Assembly: GCA_045614025.1 (NCBI GenBank) | Contig: JAZLCE010000017.1 | Location: 3,875-67,874 of the forward strand | Length of the DNA stretch: 64,000 nt | Direction: 5' to 3' | Source of the DNA: Alphaproteobacteria bacterium | Lineage (GTDB): Bacteria > Pseudomonadota > Alphaproteobacteria > CAAHEQ01 > UBA3637 | In this document: piece by piece, positions 29,160 through 39,411 of the stretch | Layout of the letters: every line of letters starts with the position of its first letter | How positions within the stretch are numbered: the first letter of the stretch is position 1 | The notes under the pieces: model-generated | The model's database searches: none | Seen by the model: the letters and a program-made list of their open reading frames with translations, nothing else | Told to the model about the DNA's origin: nothing | Made by a program: the position numbers and the translations under genes

Positions 29160-29168
29160 AGGTTTAAT

Positions 29169-29196
29169 TTTATAAGAATTAACAAATAAATGTCAA
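29169..29196 (-). promoter_or_regulatory. Sigma70-like promoter upstream of trp leader/trpB
   Basis: TTGACA-N16-TATAAA on the minus strand. Confidence 0.5.
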
Positions 29197-29259
29197 TAAA
29201 AAATTTGTTTAAATAATCAGTGTTGATATAGCAGTTTGTGTTTATTTTTTGCTGAATAG

Positions 29260-29288
29260 CAAAAAACCACTCGCAAAGAGTGGTTTTT
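29260..29288 (-). terminator. Intrinsic terminator after tRNA-Val
   Basis: Minus-strand AAAAACCACTC-TTTGC-GAGTGGTTTTTT. Confidence 0.8.
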
Positions 29289-29291
29289 CAT

Positions 29292-29368
29292 TGGTAGGCG
29301 ACTACGGATTCGAACCGCAGACCCCCTCGGTGTAAACGAGGTGCTCTAACCAGCTGAGCTAGTCGCCC
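29292..29368 (-). tRNA. tRNA-Val (anticodon UAC)
   Basis: The reverse complement reads GGGCGACTAGCTCAGCTGGTTAGAGCA-CCTCG-TTTACAC-CGAGG...GGTTCGAATCC..GTCGCCTACCA. Confidence 0.9.
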
Positions 29369-29426
29369 TTTTTCAAAAGGATGATATACTTATACCATCC
29401 TTTTTTTTAAATGTCAATAAAAAAAA

Positions 29427-29708
29427 TTATTTTTTGTTGACAATATCTTTTAAACCTTTACCAGCGCGGAATTTTGGTTGGTAAGATGCTGGAATTTTGA
29501 TTGTTTCCCCTGTTTGTGGGTTGCGGCCTGTTGTTGCTGCACGTTTTGTTGAGCAGAATGTACCGAAGTTTGTGATGCGAACTTCATCATTTCCGTTTTG
29601 GATTGTTGAAGAAACAACATTGTAGAATGAATCCAATGCTTTTGATGTGATTGTTTTTGGTAAACCGGATGCTGCTGCAACTGCATCAACTAATTCTTGT
29701 TTGTTCAT
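29427..29708 (-). CDS. hupB: DNA-binding protein HU
   Basis: MNKQELVDAVA... with RNPQTGETIKIPA arm motif. 93 aa. Confidence 0.9.
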   Translation of the reverse strand: MNKQELVDAVAAASGLPKTITSKALDSFYNVVSSTIQNGNDEVRITNFGTFCSTKRAATTGRNPQTGETIKIPASYQPKFRAGKGLKDIVNKK

Positions 29709-29965
29709 TATAAACTCCTTTAAAACTTTTGTTTAAGTTAAACAGGGAATCTCCCTTACAAACGCTATCTTAACGGGTATTTTAGAAAATTGTCAACACT
29801 CTTTTTTATTATTTTATAAAAAAAATGTTTTTTTTATGTTTTATTTATTAAAAGTAATGATTTATACACAATAATGTATTGATTTATATTCTTTTTTTAT
29901 TAACTATATGATTCGCATTTTTTTTGATTTTTTTGCTTCAATATATTGATTTTTTGTCTTTTTGT

Positions 29966-30003
29966 AAAAAAAGAGGGAAAATTTTTTATTTTTCCCTCTT
30001 TTC
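29966..30003 (-). terminator. Intrinsic terminator after lon
   Basis: AGAGGGAAAA-loop-TTTTCCCTCT with a T-run on the minus strand. Confidence 0.75.
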
Positions 30004-30026
30004 AATAAGATAAACAGTTTTTATTT

Positions 30027-32399
30027 TTATTTCTTTTTTGTTGCTTTTTTTACTGTTTTTTTCTCTTTACTAGTTGTTTTTGTTTTTTTTGTTAAGGCAT
30101 GTTCTAATACCACTAGGGCATCGCTTACCGGAATAATTTTTAATCCTTCTTTAACATTATCTGGAATTTCTTCCAAGTCTTTAATGTTTTCCTTTGGTAT
30201 TAAAACAGTTTTAATTCCAGCTCTTAAAGCTGCTAAAAGTTTTTCTTTTAATCCACCAATAGCAAGAACACGACCACGAAGAGTGATTTCTCCAGTCATA
30301 GCAATATCTTTTCGAACAGGAATGCCTGTAAATGCGGAAACAAGACTTGTCATCATTGTAATCCCCGCAGAAGGACCATCTTTAGGGGTTGCACCCTCAG
30401 GAACATGAACATGGATATCATTTTTTTCAAATGCTTCATCATCAATCCCAAAATCATGAGCATGAGCTCTGATGAATGAAAGAGCTGCTTCAACCGATTC
30501 TTTCATTACATCACCTAATTGTCCTGTGAGTTTGATTCTTCCTTTTCCTGGTAAAGTGACTGCTTCAATTGAAAGAATATCACCACCAACTTCTGTCCAC
30601 GCCAAACCAGTTGTTGTTCCAATTTGATCTTCTTTTTCTACAACACCAAAACTAAATTTTTCAACACCTGAATATTTTTTTAAATTTTTAGGTGTTACTG
30701 TAATGGATTTAATGTTTTCGAGTTGAATTTCTTTAAGGGCTTTACGTGCAATTTTTGAAATTTCTCTTTCAAGATTTCTAACTCCGGATTCTCTTGTATA
30801 ACAACGAATCAGTTGAATAATCGCCTCATCTGAAATTTTAAGTTCTTTAGAAGTGATACCAGTTAAATCAAATTGTTTTTTAATTAAATGCCGTTTAGCA
30901 ATTTGAAGTTTTTCATCTTCTGTATATCCAGAAAGATGAATAATTTCCATTCTATCCTTCAAAGGTCTTGGCATATTTAAAGAGTTTGCCGTTGTAATAA
31001 ACATTACATTTGATAGATCATAGTCAACTTCAACATAGTTATCATTGAATGAGGTGTTTTGCTCTGGATCCAAAACCTCCAATAAAGCTGAAGATGGATC
31101 GCCACGGTGATCATGCGCTAATTTATCAATTTCATCCAAAAGGAAAAGAGGATTAATTGTTTTTGCTTTTTTCATCCCTTGGATGATTTTTCCAGGCATA
31201 GCTCCAATATAGGTTCGTCTATGCCCTCTAATTTCAGATTCATCATGCATACCACCAAGCGCGGCACGAACGAATTTTCGCCCAGTTGCTCTTGCAATGG
31301 ATTGACCTAAAGATGTTTTACCAACCCCCGGAGGGCCAACAAAACAAAGAATTGATCCTTTGAGGCAATTTGTTCGTTTTTGAACGGCTAAAAATTCTAA
31401 AATGCGTTCTTTAACTTTTTCAAGACCATAATGATCTTCATCTAAAATGCGTTGTGCTTCTAATAAATCATTTTGAAGAGTTGATTTCTTTCGCCATGGA
31501 ATATTAATTAACCATTCAAGATAATTTCGAACAACTGTAGATTCCGCAGACATTGGCCCCATCATTTGAAGTTTTTTAAGTTCTGAAAGAGCTTTTTCTC
31601 TTGCTTCTTTTGGCATGCCAGCTTTTTTTATTTTCTTTTCAATAGATTTAAGTTCTCCACCATCTTCGGAATCACCCAATTCTTTTTGAATGGCTTTCAT
31701 TTGTTCATTAAGATAATATTCTCGATGACTTTTTTCCATTTGTCGTTTTACGCGTTTTCTAATTTTTCTTTCAACTTGTAAAACGCCAATTTCCTTTTCC
31801 ATTGCTTGGTAAAGAGCTTCTAATCTTTTGCTTAATGAGTCGATTTCAAGAATTTTTTGTTTTTCTTCAACTTTTAAAGTTAAATGTGTTGCAACAATAT
31901 CTGCAAATTTTTCTGGATTTTTAATTTGAGAAATGGCTGCTAATACTTCAGGGCCAATTCGTTTATTTAATCGAACATAATTTTCAAATTGAATAGCAAC
32001 TGAACGGTTTAGGGCTTCAATTTCTGTTTCTTTATCCAAAACATCTGGCAAGATTTCAGCATGAGCTTCAAAAAAGGTTGTGTTTTGAGTCCATTCAATA
32101 ACTTTTGCTCTGCAAATACCTTCAATTAAAATTTTAACTGTTCCGTCTGGCAATTTTAATAATTGCAAGATATTTGCCAATGTTCCAACTTTATATAAAT
32201 CACCTGGATATGGCACATCAACTAGAGCATCAGTTTGAGCAACAAGTAAGATTTGTTTGTTGTTTTCCATTGCATTTTCAAGTGCGGCAATTGATTTATC
32301 TCTTCCAACAAAAAGTGGAACAACTACATGTGGAAAAACAATAATATCTCTTAATGGTAAAACAGGATAAAGACCATCAATCATTTCTGGGTTACTCAT
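30027..32399 (-). CDS. lon: ATP-dependent Lon protease
   Basis: LON N-domain (YPVLPLRDIIVFPHVV), Walker A GPPGVGKTS, and protease site PKDGPSAG. Start moved to MSNPEMI (AAGGA SD). Confidence 0.95.
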   Translation of the reverse strand: MSNPEMIDGLYPVLPLRDIIVFPHVVVPLFVGRDKSIAALENAMENNKQILLVAQTDALVDVPYPGDLYKVGTLANILQLLKLPDGTVKILIEGICRAKVIEWTQNTTFFEAHAEILPDVLDKETEIEALNRSVAIQFENYVRLNKRIGPEVLAAISQIKNPEKFADIVATHLTLKVEEKQKILEIDSLSKRLEALYQAMEKEIGVLQVERKIRKRVKRQMEKSHREYYLNEQMKAIQKELGDSEDGGELKSIEKKIKKAGMPKEAREKALSELKKLQMMGPMSAESTVVRNYLEWLINIPWRKKSTLQNDLLEAQRILDEDHYGLEKVKERILEFLAVQKRTNCLKGSILCFVGPPGVGKTSLGQSIARATGRKFVRAALGGMHDESEIRGHRRTYIGAMPGKIIQGMKKAKTINPLFLLDEIDKLAHDHRGDPSSALLEVLDPEQNTSFNDNYVEVDYDLSNVMFITTANSLNMPRPLKDRMEIIHLSGYTEDEKLQIAKRHLIKKQFDLTGITSKELKISDEAIIQLIRCYTRESGVRNLEREISKIARKALKEIQLENIKSITVTPKNLKKYSGVEKFSFGVVEKEDQIGTTTGLAWTEVGGDILSIEAVTLPGKGRIKLTGQLGDVMKESVEAALSFIRAHAHDFGIDDEAFEKNDIHVHVPEGATPKDGPSAGITMMTSLVSAFTGIPVRKDIAMTGEITLRGRVLAIGGLKEKLLAALRAGIKTVLIPKENIKDLEEIPDNVKEGLKIIPVSDALVVLEHALTKKTKTTSKEKKTVKKATKKK

Positions 32400-32564
32400 T
32401 TTTGTCCTTTCTTTATCGATTTTTGGCATTGTTATTTATTTTTCAAATAAGGTGATTATAAATAAAATGCACTATTTTTTTTAGTCTCTCAATTTATTTT
32501 TTTATAATATTATATATGTATGTCTTTTTTTTATAAAAGTAAAGAGCTGTTTTTTATTTAAAAC

Positions 32565-32596
32565 AAAAAGAGGGTTGTTTATTATCCCTCTTTTTA
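32565..32596 (-). terminator. Intrinsic terminator after clpX
   Basis: AGAGGG-loop-CCCTCT flanked by A/T runs. Confidence 0.6.
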
Positions 32597-32628
32597 TTTT
32601 GTTTTTTGATATTTGTGAGTTGGTTATT

Positions 32629-33900
32629 TTATTTTTTTATAAATTTTGGTTTTTTCTTGTTTGTTACAACATCTTTATCAATAACAACTTCTTTAACATC
32701 TTTTTTCGCTGGGAGTGTATACATTACATCAAGTAATAAATTTTCCATGATGGAACGAAGCCCACGAGCGCCTGTTTTTCTTTCAATGGCCTTTTTTGCA
32801 ATTTCTTGATAGGCTTCATCTGTAACAGTTAATGTGACATCATCCATTTTTAAAAGAGCTTGATATTGTTTGACCAATGCATTTTTTGGTTCTTTTAAAA
32901 TGGAAATTAATGCTTCTTCATCTAATTCTTCTAAACTAACGATTACAGGTAAACGACCAATGAATTCAGGAATAAGCCCAAATTTTAATAAATCATCTGG
33001 TTCTAATTTTTCTAATAATTCAGAAACATTTTTTTCTTCACCAGACGTTTTTTCAGCACCAAAGCCAATGGCGTATGATTCTTCGCGTCTTGCAATAACT
33101 TTTTCAATCCCAGCAAATGCGCCACCACAAATAAATAAAATATTTTGAGTGTTAACTTTGATATATTCTTGATTTGGATGTTTGCGTCCACCTTGTGGCG
33201 GTAAAGAAGCAACAGTCCCTTCAATCATTTTTAAAAGAGCTTGTTGAACGCCTTCTCCTGAAACATCTCTTGTAATAGAAGGCCCATCAGATTTTCTGGC
33301 AATTTTATCAATTTCATCGATATAAATAATGCCTCGTTCTGCTTTTTCAACATCATAATTTGCGTTTTGTAATAATTTTAATACAACGTTTTCAACATCC
33401 TCTCCAACATAACCAGCTTCCGTTAATGTTGTTGCATCAGCAATTGCAAAAGGAACATTTAAAACTTTTGCAAGTGTTTTTGCTAAAAGTGTTTTTCCAC
33501 TTCCAGTAGGTCCTAAAAATAAAACGTTAGACTTTTCAATTTCGACTTGGGAATCATCTTTTAAAGAGGCAAGTCTTTTGTAATGGTTATAAACAGCAAC
33601 AGAAAGAGCTTTTTTTGCTTTGTGCTGACCAATAACATATTCATCTAAAAATTTATGAATTTCTTGTGGGGTTTTTAACGTTGGTTCTGAAGAGGTATTT
33701 GCTTCTTCTTTATGGTCTGCAGATTCAGTTAAAACACTTTTGCAAAGATCAATACATTCATCGCAAATAAAAACTGTTCGAGTTGTTCCATCAATATCTT
33801 TTTGCGGTTTTCCAGCAATTAAACGACTGACTTCATTTTGCGTTTTATTGCAAAAAGAGCATTTTAATTCCGTTGAAGAGGGCGTATCATTTTTAATCAT
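32629..33900 (-). CDS. clpX: ATP-dependent Clp protease ATP-binding subunit ClpX
   Basis: Zn-finger CSFCNK...CDEC and Walker A GPTGSGKT. Confidence 0.95.
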   Translation of the reverse strand: MIKNDTPSSTELKCSFCNKTQNEVSRLIAGKPQKDIDGTTRTVFICDECIDLCKSVLTESADHKEEANTSSEPTLKTPQEIHKFLDEYVIGQHKAKKALSVAVYNHYKRLASLKDDSQVEIEKSNVLFLGPTGSGKTLLAKTLAKVLNVPFAIADATTLTEAGYVGEDVENVVLKLLQNANYDVEKAERGIIYIDEIDKIARKSDGPSITRDVSGEGVQQALLKMIEGTVASLPPQGGRKHPNQEYIKVNTQNILFICGGAFAGIEKVIARREESYAIGFGAEKTSGEEKNVSELLEKLEPDDLLKFGLIPEFIGRLPVIVSLEELDEEALISILKEPKNALVKQYQALLKMDDVTLTVTDEAYQEIAKKAIERKTGARGLRSIMENLLLDVMYTLPAKKDVKEVVIDKDVVTNKKKPKFIKK

Positions 33901-34521
33901 TTATTTCTCCGGTTTTGAGATTACTTCATCAACCAAGCCAAATTTTTTCGCTTCTTCGGCTGTCATAAAATTATCACGTTCCATTGCTTGTTCAATCACA
34001 GAAAGTGGTTGACCTGTTTGTTCAACATAAATTTGATTTAATCTGGCTTTAATGGATAAAATTTCTTTTGCATGAATTTCAATATCTGTTGCCTGACCTT
34101 GAAAACCGCCTGATGGTTGGTGAATCATAACTCTAGAATTTGGTAAGGCAAATCTGCGCCCTTTTGCGCCGCAGCATAATAATAAACTCCCCATCGAAGC
34201 GGCTTGTCCCATCACAACCGTTGATACTGGACATTTAATGTAATTCATTGTATCCAAAATGGCAAGGCCAGAGGTAACAACGCCGCCCGGAGAGTTGATA
34301 TAAAAAGAGATTTCTTTTTTGGCGTTTTCAGCTTCTAAAAATAAAAGTTGAGCACAGATAAGAGAAGCCACTTGGTCATTTACTTCGCCAGTTAAAAAGA
34401 TAATTCTTTCTTTAAGCAAACGAGAATAAATATCAAATGCTCTTTCACCTCTGCCAGTTTGTTCAATAACAGTGGGAACAAGCATATCCATAATTGGGCT
34501 TAACTTATCTGAATAACGCAT
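33901..34521 (-). CDS. clpP: ATP-dependent Clp protease proteolytic subunit
   Basis: [20 protein letters not shown] and active-site GQAASMGS. Confidence 0.95.
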   Translation of the reverse strand: MRYSDKLSPIMDMLVPTVIEQTGRGERAFDIYSRLLKERIIFLTGEVNDQVASLICAQLLFLEAENAKKEISFYINSPGGVVTSGLAILDTMNYIKCPVSTVVMGQAASMGSLLLCCGAKGRRFALPNSRVMIHQPSGGFQGQATDIEIHAKEILSIKARLNQIYVEQTGQPLSVIEQAMERDNFMTAEEAKKFGLVDEVISKPEK

Positions 34522-34549
34522 TTTTAAGAACTCCTTATTTTTTTATTGA

Positions 34550-35869
34550 TTATTTTTTTGGTGCATCTGGATTGTATGCATACAATTCATCGGCTGAAAG
34601 ATTTTCTTCATTAATTTTAACAACCGTCAAAACATAATCAACAACTTTTTCTTCAAACAATGGTGCTTTTAAAGCATCTAATGCTTGAGGATTTTTTTGA
34701 TAGTATTCAAAAACGATTTTTTCTTGTCCTGGATAACGACGAGCTTCTTGCATAACTGCTTTTGTTAAATCATCTTGAGTTAAAGTGATTTTGTTTTCAT
34801 TTGCAATTTCTGCAAGCAATAAGCCTAAACGAACGCGGCGTTCTGCAATGCCTTTATATTCTGTTTTTAAATCGTCTTCTGATTTTGATTTTTCTTCTTC
34901 ATCCAATTGATTGTTCTTTTTGGCTTCTTCAAATTGTTGCCAAATAGAATTGAATTCTAAATCAACCATTCCTTGTGGAACTTCGAATGAATGTGTTTCG
35001 GCTAAAGCATCTAAAAGAGCTCTTTTTGTGTGCATACGAGCAACATTTTGATATTCTTTATCCAATTCAGTTTTAATCATTTCTTTTAATTTATCAAGTG
35101 TATCGCAACCAAACATTTTTGCAAATTCATCATCAATTGCAGGTGTAACCATTTGGCGCAATTCTTTAATAACTGTTTTGAATAAAGCTTTTTTACCTGC
35201 TAAATCTTTAGCGTGGTAATTTTCAGGGAATGAAACATTTACATCAACTTCTTCGCCGATATTTTTGCCTGTTAATTGTTCTTCAAAGCCAGGGATGAAT
35301 GTGTTTGAACCTAAAGCAAGGTAGTAATCTTTACCTTTTCCGCCTTTAAATTCTTCGCCATCAATTGTTCCTGTGAAATCGATAACGATAACGTCACCTG
35401 TTTTTGTTTCTCTTTTTTCATCACAAGGAACTGTTGTTTTTTTTGCATTTGCTAATTTTTCAATAGCAGCATCAATTTCTTTATCTGTTGCAACAGCAAC
35501 TAATTTTTTAACTTCTAATTTTGTTAAATCAGCTGGTTTGATTTCTGGAAGAGCTTCAACTTCCATTTTGAATTCAATATCTTTGCCATCTTCAAATGTT
35601 GTTAATTCGATTTTTGGACGCAAAGCAGGGCGAATTTTGTTTTCTTCTAATGTTTTAGTTGCTTTTTCTTGAACTAAATCATCTAAAACTTCACCTTTAA
35701 CAGCGTTTTCATATTTTGTTTTGATAAGACTTAAAGGTGCTTGACCTGGTCTGAAACCTTGGATTTTGGCTTCTTTTCTAACTTCTTCTAATTTTGCTGT
35801 GATTTTGTCTGCAAATTCATTTGCAGGGATCACAACTGTGAAAGAATGAGCTAACTTTTGTTTTTTCAT
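34550..35869 (-). CDS. tig: Trigger factor
   Basis: GFRPGQAPL ribosome-binding signature and a central FKBP-like domain. Start moved to MKKQKL because the track N-terminus overlaps tRNA-Leu. Confidence 0.9.
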   Translation of the reverse strand: MKKQKLAHSFTVVIPANEFADKITAKLEEVRKEAKIQGFRPGQAPLSLIKTKYENAVKGEVLDDLVQEKATKTLEENKIRPALRPKIELTTFEDGKDIEFKMEVEALPEIKPADLTKLEVKKLVAVATDKEIDAAIEKLANAKKTTVPCDEKRETKTGDVIVIDFTGTIDGEEFKGGKGKDYYLALGSNTFIPGFEEQLTGKNIGEEVDVNVSFPENYHAKDLAGKKALFKTVIKELRQMVTPAIDDEFAKMFGCDTLDKLKEMIKTELDKEYQNVARMHTKRALLDALAETHSFEVPQGMVDLEFNSIWQQFEEAKKNNQLDEEEKSKSEDDLKTEYKGIAERRVRLGLLLAEIANENKITLTQDDLTKAVMQEARRYPGQEKIVFEYYQKNPQALDALKAPLFEEKVVDYVLTVVKINEENLSADELYAYNPDAPKK

Positions 35870-35897
35870 TTCATAAATCCTTTTTATATCTAACTGT

Positions 35898-35981
35898 TGG
35901 TGCGGATGAAGAGACTCGAACTCCCACGCCTCTCGGCAACGGCTTCTAAGACCGTCGTGTCTACCATTCCACCACATCCGC
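35898..35981 (-). tRNA. tRNA-Leu (anticodon UAG)
   Basis: The reverse complement reads GCGGATGTGGTGGAATGGTAGACAC..ACGGT-CTTAGAA-GCCGT, then a long variable arm, GAGTTCGAGTCTC and CATCCGCACCA. Confidence 0.9.
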
Positions 35982-36133
35982 TTTCTTGATTAATCATTGA
36001 AAAATCAAAGAAAATTATTTTTTTTGTTACATGTGACTTCTTTTTTTCACATAATCAACAGACTATATAACATATTAATTAAAAAAAATAAAGAGTTTTT
36101 TCTCTCTTTTTTTTATGAAAAATTTTAATTTGC

Positions 36134-36162
36134 TTGAAAAACAAAGTTTTTTCTTGTATACT
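36134..36162 (+). promoter_or_regulatory. Sigma70-like promoter of prfC
   Basis: TTGAAA-N17-TATACT. Confidence 0.45.
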
Positions 36163-36207
36163 TTTAAAACTTTTTAAATATTTAAAATAAAATTTCTCAG
36201 AGGACTT

Positions 36208-37794
36208 ATGCCGAATAATTTAACTGATATCACGAAAAAAAGACGCACATTTGCTATTATTTCTCACCCAGATGCTGGTAAAACAACTTTAACAGAAAAA
36301 TTATTGCTTTTTGGGGGCGCAATTAATCAAGCGGGCGCAGTTAAAGCAAGAGGTGAAAATAGAAGAGCACATTCAGACTGGATGAAAGTTGAACAAGAAC
36401 GTGGAATTTCTGTGGCTTCATCAGTGATGAGTTTTGAATATGGTGGGTGTTCTTTTAATTTATTGGATACTCCTGGGCATGAAGACTTTTCGGAAGATAC
36501 TTATCGTGTTTTAACGGCGGTTGATTCGGCTGTTATGGTGATTGATAGCGCAAAGGGTATTGAAGCTCAAACGAAGAAATTGTTTGAAGTTTGTCGTTTA
36601 AGAGATATTCCAATTATTACCTTTATAAATAAGTTGGATCGTGATGGTTTAGAGCCTTTTAAACTTTTAGAAGAAATTGAGCAAACTTTAGCCTTGGATG
36701 TTTCGCCAGCTTCTTGGGCAATAGGGATGGGTCGTGATTTTAAAGGGTGTTATGATTTATTAAATGATAAATTACGCTTGTTTGAAAAAGGGGCAAGTAA
36801 GTCTTCTTTACCAGTAGAATCAATTGAGCTTCATGGTATTGATGATGAAAAAATGGATGATCTTCTTTCAAAAGATGTTGCAGATACGTTGCGTGAAGAA
36901 GTTGAAATGGTAAGAGGGTTATGCCCAATATTTGATGAAAAAAGTTATTTAGAGGGATCTTTAACGCCTGTCTTTTTTGGGTCGGCAGTGAATAATTTTG
37001 GTGTTAAAGAACTTTTAGATGCTCTTGTTTCTTTTGCGCCATCACCAAGACCGCAAAGTGCAAATTTGCGCCTTGTAAATCCTGATGAAGAAAAGGTGAG
37101 TGGTTTTGTTTTTAAAATTCAGGCGAATATGGATCCAAAACATAGAGATAGAATTGCTTTTATGAGGGTTTGTTCTGGTCATTTTAAGCGTGGAATGAAA
37201 TTGATGCATTTAAGAACGCAAAAACAAATGATTTTGCATAATCCTGTTATGTTTTTGGCTCAAGATAGAGAATTAGCAGAAGAAGCTTTTGCTGGAGATA
37301 TTATTGGTATTCCAAATCATGGGGGAATGCGTATTGGTGATTCCTTTTCGGAAGGGGAGGGGTTGCAGTTTAAAGGAATTCCATCATTTGCACCTGAATT
37401 GTTAAAAAAAGTGCGTCCAAAAGATCCATTGAAGGCTAAACATTTGGCAAAAGCATTAGAGCAAATTGCAGAAGAGGGCGGTGCAAGTGTTTTTAAGCCA
37501 ACTCATGGGTTTGAATGGATTGTTGGTGTTGTTGGTGTTTTGCAATTTGAAGTTTTAGCCGATAGAATTCGAACGGAATTTGATGTTCCGGTTATTTTTG
37601 AACCAACAAGTTATTTTACAGCTCGTTGGGTGCAAGGGGATTCTTCTGAAGTTCAAAAGTTTATACAAATAAATTCTGCTTCAATGGCAACCGATCATGA
37701 TGGTGCTCCTGTCTTTTTATCAAGAAATGCTTGGCATTTAAATAAAGCGGAAGAAGATTTTCCATCAATTAACTTGTTGAAGATTAAAGAATAA
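36208..37794 (+). CDS. prfC: Peptide chain release factor 3
   Basis: RRTFAIISHPDAGKTTLTEKLL, DTPGHEDF and NKLDR GTPase motifs. 528 aa. Confidence 0.95.
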   Translation: MPNNLTDITKKRRTFAIISHPDAGKTTLTEKLLLFGGAINQAGAVKARGENRRAHSDWMKVEQERGISVASSVMSFEYGGCSFNLLDTPGHEDFSEDTYRVLTAVDSAVMVIDSAKGIEAQTKKLFEVCRLRDIPIITFINKLDRDGLEPFKLLEEIEQTLALDVSPASWAIGMGRDFKGCYDLLNDKLRLFEKGASKSSLPVESIELHGIDDEKMDDLLSKDVADTLREEVEMVRGLCPIFDEKSYLEGSLTPVFFGSAVNNFGVKELLDALVSFAPSPRPQSANLRLVNPDEEKVSGFVFKIQANMDPKHRDRIAFMRVCSGHFKRGMKLMHLRTQKQMILHNPVMFLAQDRELAEEAFAGDIIGIPNHGGMRIGDSFSEGEGLQFKGIPSFAPELLKKVRPKDPLKAKHLAKALEQIAEEGGASVFKPTHGFEWIVGVVGVLQFEVLADRIRTEFDVPVIFEPTSYFTARWVQGDSSEVQKFIQINSASMATDHDGAPVFLSRNAWHLNKAEEDFPSINLLKIKE

Positions 37795-37826
37795 ACCTTA
37801 TCATTGTCTATTTTTTTAAAAAAATA

Positions 37827-37855
37827 TTGAATTTTTATCGTTGGTATGATAAAAT
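37827..37855 (+). promoter_or_regulatory. Sigma70-like promoter of the HNH-pair operon
   Basis: TTGAAT-N17-TAAAAT. Confidence 0.45.
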
Positions 37856-37885
37856 ATACGAACTTTACTTTTTTATGGGCAGAAA

Positions 37886-38485
37886 ATGATAAAAGAAATT
37901 TTAGGTGCTGAAAACAGAACTTTTACACTTCCAAGTATTCTTTATAAAGAGGAAGAAGTTTTTGTTTATAAGATTAAAAAAATTGCTAAAGAAGATGTTG
38001 CTGAAGCAAGGTTTATTTATGAGCAACTTAACTATGAAAATGATAAGCCAGTTCATGTCGTTCGAGAAATGGCAGATTTAGGCTATTTTGATGGATTGTT
38101 TAGCAATAAAGCAGTTCGTGCAGCAAAGAAAAAAGGTGTGCTCCCAGAGGGATATCAAATTCATCATATTATTCCATTAAAATTAGGTGGAAGTAATAGT
38201 GTGAAAAATCTTTGTGTTGTTGATTATGAAACACATGCAATGCTTCATCAATTAATTTATCAACCAATTATTGATAAAATGCAATTATCGGAAGAGGCTG
38301 TTTTAATTTTGCCTCCATTTGCCCGTGTGATTAAAAAAGAAGATCGTGCGAAATTCTTTTTGTTTTCAGAATTGCGTCATCATGCAATGAAGCAGGCTAA
38401 ATTAGTTTCTCATCATAAAAAAGAAAACATAAATGCAGATATGGGTTTTAGAGATGCTTATTGCAGATCAGGGCGCACGCGTTAA
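37886..38485 (+). CDS. HNH-motif nuclease-like protein, paralog 1
   Basis: LPEGYQIHHIIPLKLGGSNSVKNLCVVDYETHAMLH (HH..P..GG..N..H without Zn cysteines), then a shared ILPP motif. Confidence 0.6.
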   Translation: MIKEILGAENRTFTLPSILYKEEEVFVYKIKKIAKEDVAEARFIYEQLNYENDKPVHVVREMADLGYFDGLFSNKAVRAAKKKGVLPEGYQIHHIIPLKLGGSNSVKNLCVVDYETHAMLHQLIYQPIIDKMQLSEEAVLILPPFARVIKKEDRAKFFLFSELRHHAMKQAKLVSHHKKENINADMGFRDAYCRSGRTR

Positions 38486-38497
38486 AAAGAGGTTAAA

Positions 38498-39340
38498 ATG
38501 TATTCAAAAGGTGGAACGGAAGATAAAAAGTTTTATTGCGTGATGCAAGGTAGCTCTAAATTATGTTTTAGATTAAAACGACCACAAAAAGCTTTGTCTG
38601 AGCAAGAACGGATGACACTTGTTCGTGAGTTTGTTAAAAAGATGGCTCTAAATGGAGAATTAGATGCTTTATTAGAAAAAGCAGATCTAAGGTTGGCTAA
38701 AAAGAGTGGGTGTTTGCCAAATAAATATAATGTACACCATTATTTGCCATTATCAATGGGTGGTTCTCATCAAGAAGAAAATCTTTGTATTATTGATAAA
38801 AAATTACATCGCTGGATACATGCATATTTGCTTGATCCTATTTATCGAGATAGTAAATTTGATTTTTTGGAAGATAAAAAAGTTTATTTAATATTACCAC
38901 CTCAAAAAAAAGTGTTAACTATGAATGATGCTTCTATTTTTTTTACAGTTGAAGAATTAGAGCAAATAAAAGAAGATGAGTTAAATAATCGTGTTCCAGA
39001 ATATCTTCCGCCACAAGTGAATAACAGGGATAAGGTTTCAATACTTCGATTTGTTGAAGAATTGAAAAGAGATATGGATCTTTTTGACAAAGAAACTAAA
39101 GAAAAAAATGAAGTTATTGTTGAAAATATTATGCATAGAATAAGAGCTGAAAATAAAGCTTATCGAAAAACTGGGAAGAAAATTAGCAAATTTTGGAATG
39201 AAAGACGTGAAGGTAAAACAAGAATGCCTTTAACTCGTAAAGAAAAGGGGGAAAAATCTGCAAAAAAAGCAAGGAAAGCAGCTACAAGAAGATTTTATCC
39301 TCATTTGGCAGTAAAATGGAATCAAAAAGAAAGGTCTTAA
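38498..39340 (+). CDS. HNH-motif nuclease-like protein, paralog 2, with K/R-rich tail
   Basis: LPNKYNVHHYLPLSMGGSHQEENLCIIDKKLHRWIH plus the ILPP motif. C-terminal tail is KEKGEKSAKKARKAATRR. SD lies 12 nt after the paralog 1 stop. Confidence 0.6.
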   Translation: MYSKGGTEDKKFYCVMQGSSKLCFRLKRPQKALSEQERMTLVREFVKKMALNGELDALLEKADLRLAKKSGCLPNKYNVHHYLPLSMGGSHQEENLCIIDKKLHRWIHAYLLDPIYRDSKFDFLEDKKVYLILPPQKKVLTMNDASIFFTVEELEQIKEDELNNRVPEYLPPQVNNRDKVSILRFVEELKRDMDLFDKETKEKNEVIVENIMHRIRAENKAYRKTGKKISKFWNERREGKTRMPLTRKEKGEKSAKKARKAATRRFYPHLAVKWNQKERS

Positions 39341-39361
39341 ATTGTTTTTTAAGACTTTTTC
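39334..39361 (+). terminator. Intrinsic terminator after the HNH pair
   Basis: GTCTTAAA-TTGTTT-TTTAAGAC followed by T5. Confidence 0.65.
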
Positions 39362-39362
39362 T

Positions 39363-39391
39363 TTGACTTTTTAAATAAAAAATCATATAAT
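39363..39391 (+). promoter_or_regulatory. Sigma70-like promoter of thrS
   Basis: TTGACT-N17-TATAAT. Confidence 0.55.
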
Positions 39392-39411
39392 TCAAATTTG
39401 TCCCCTTATAT

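Noticed and set aside
35870-35977. 36-codon N-terminal extension of the trigger factor ORF
   Set aside because: It overlaps tRNA-Leu(UAG) (35898-35981). The conserved Tig N-terminus begins at MKKQKL.
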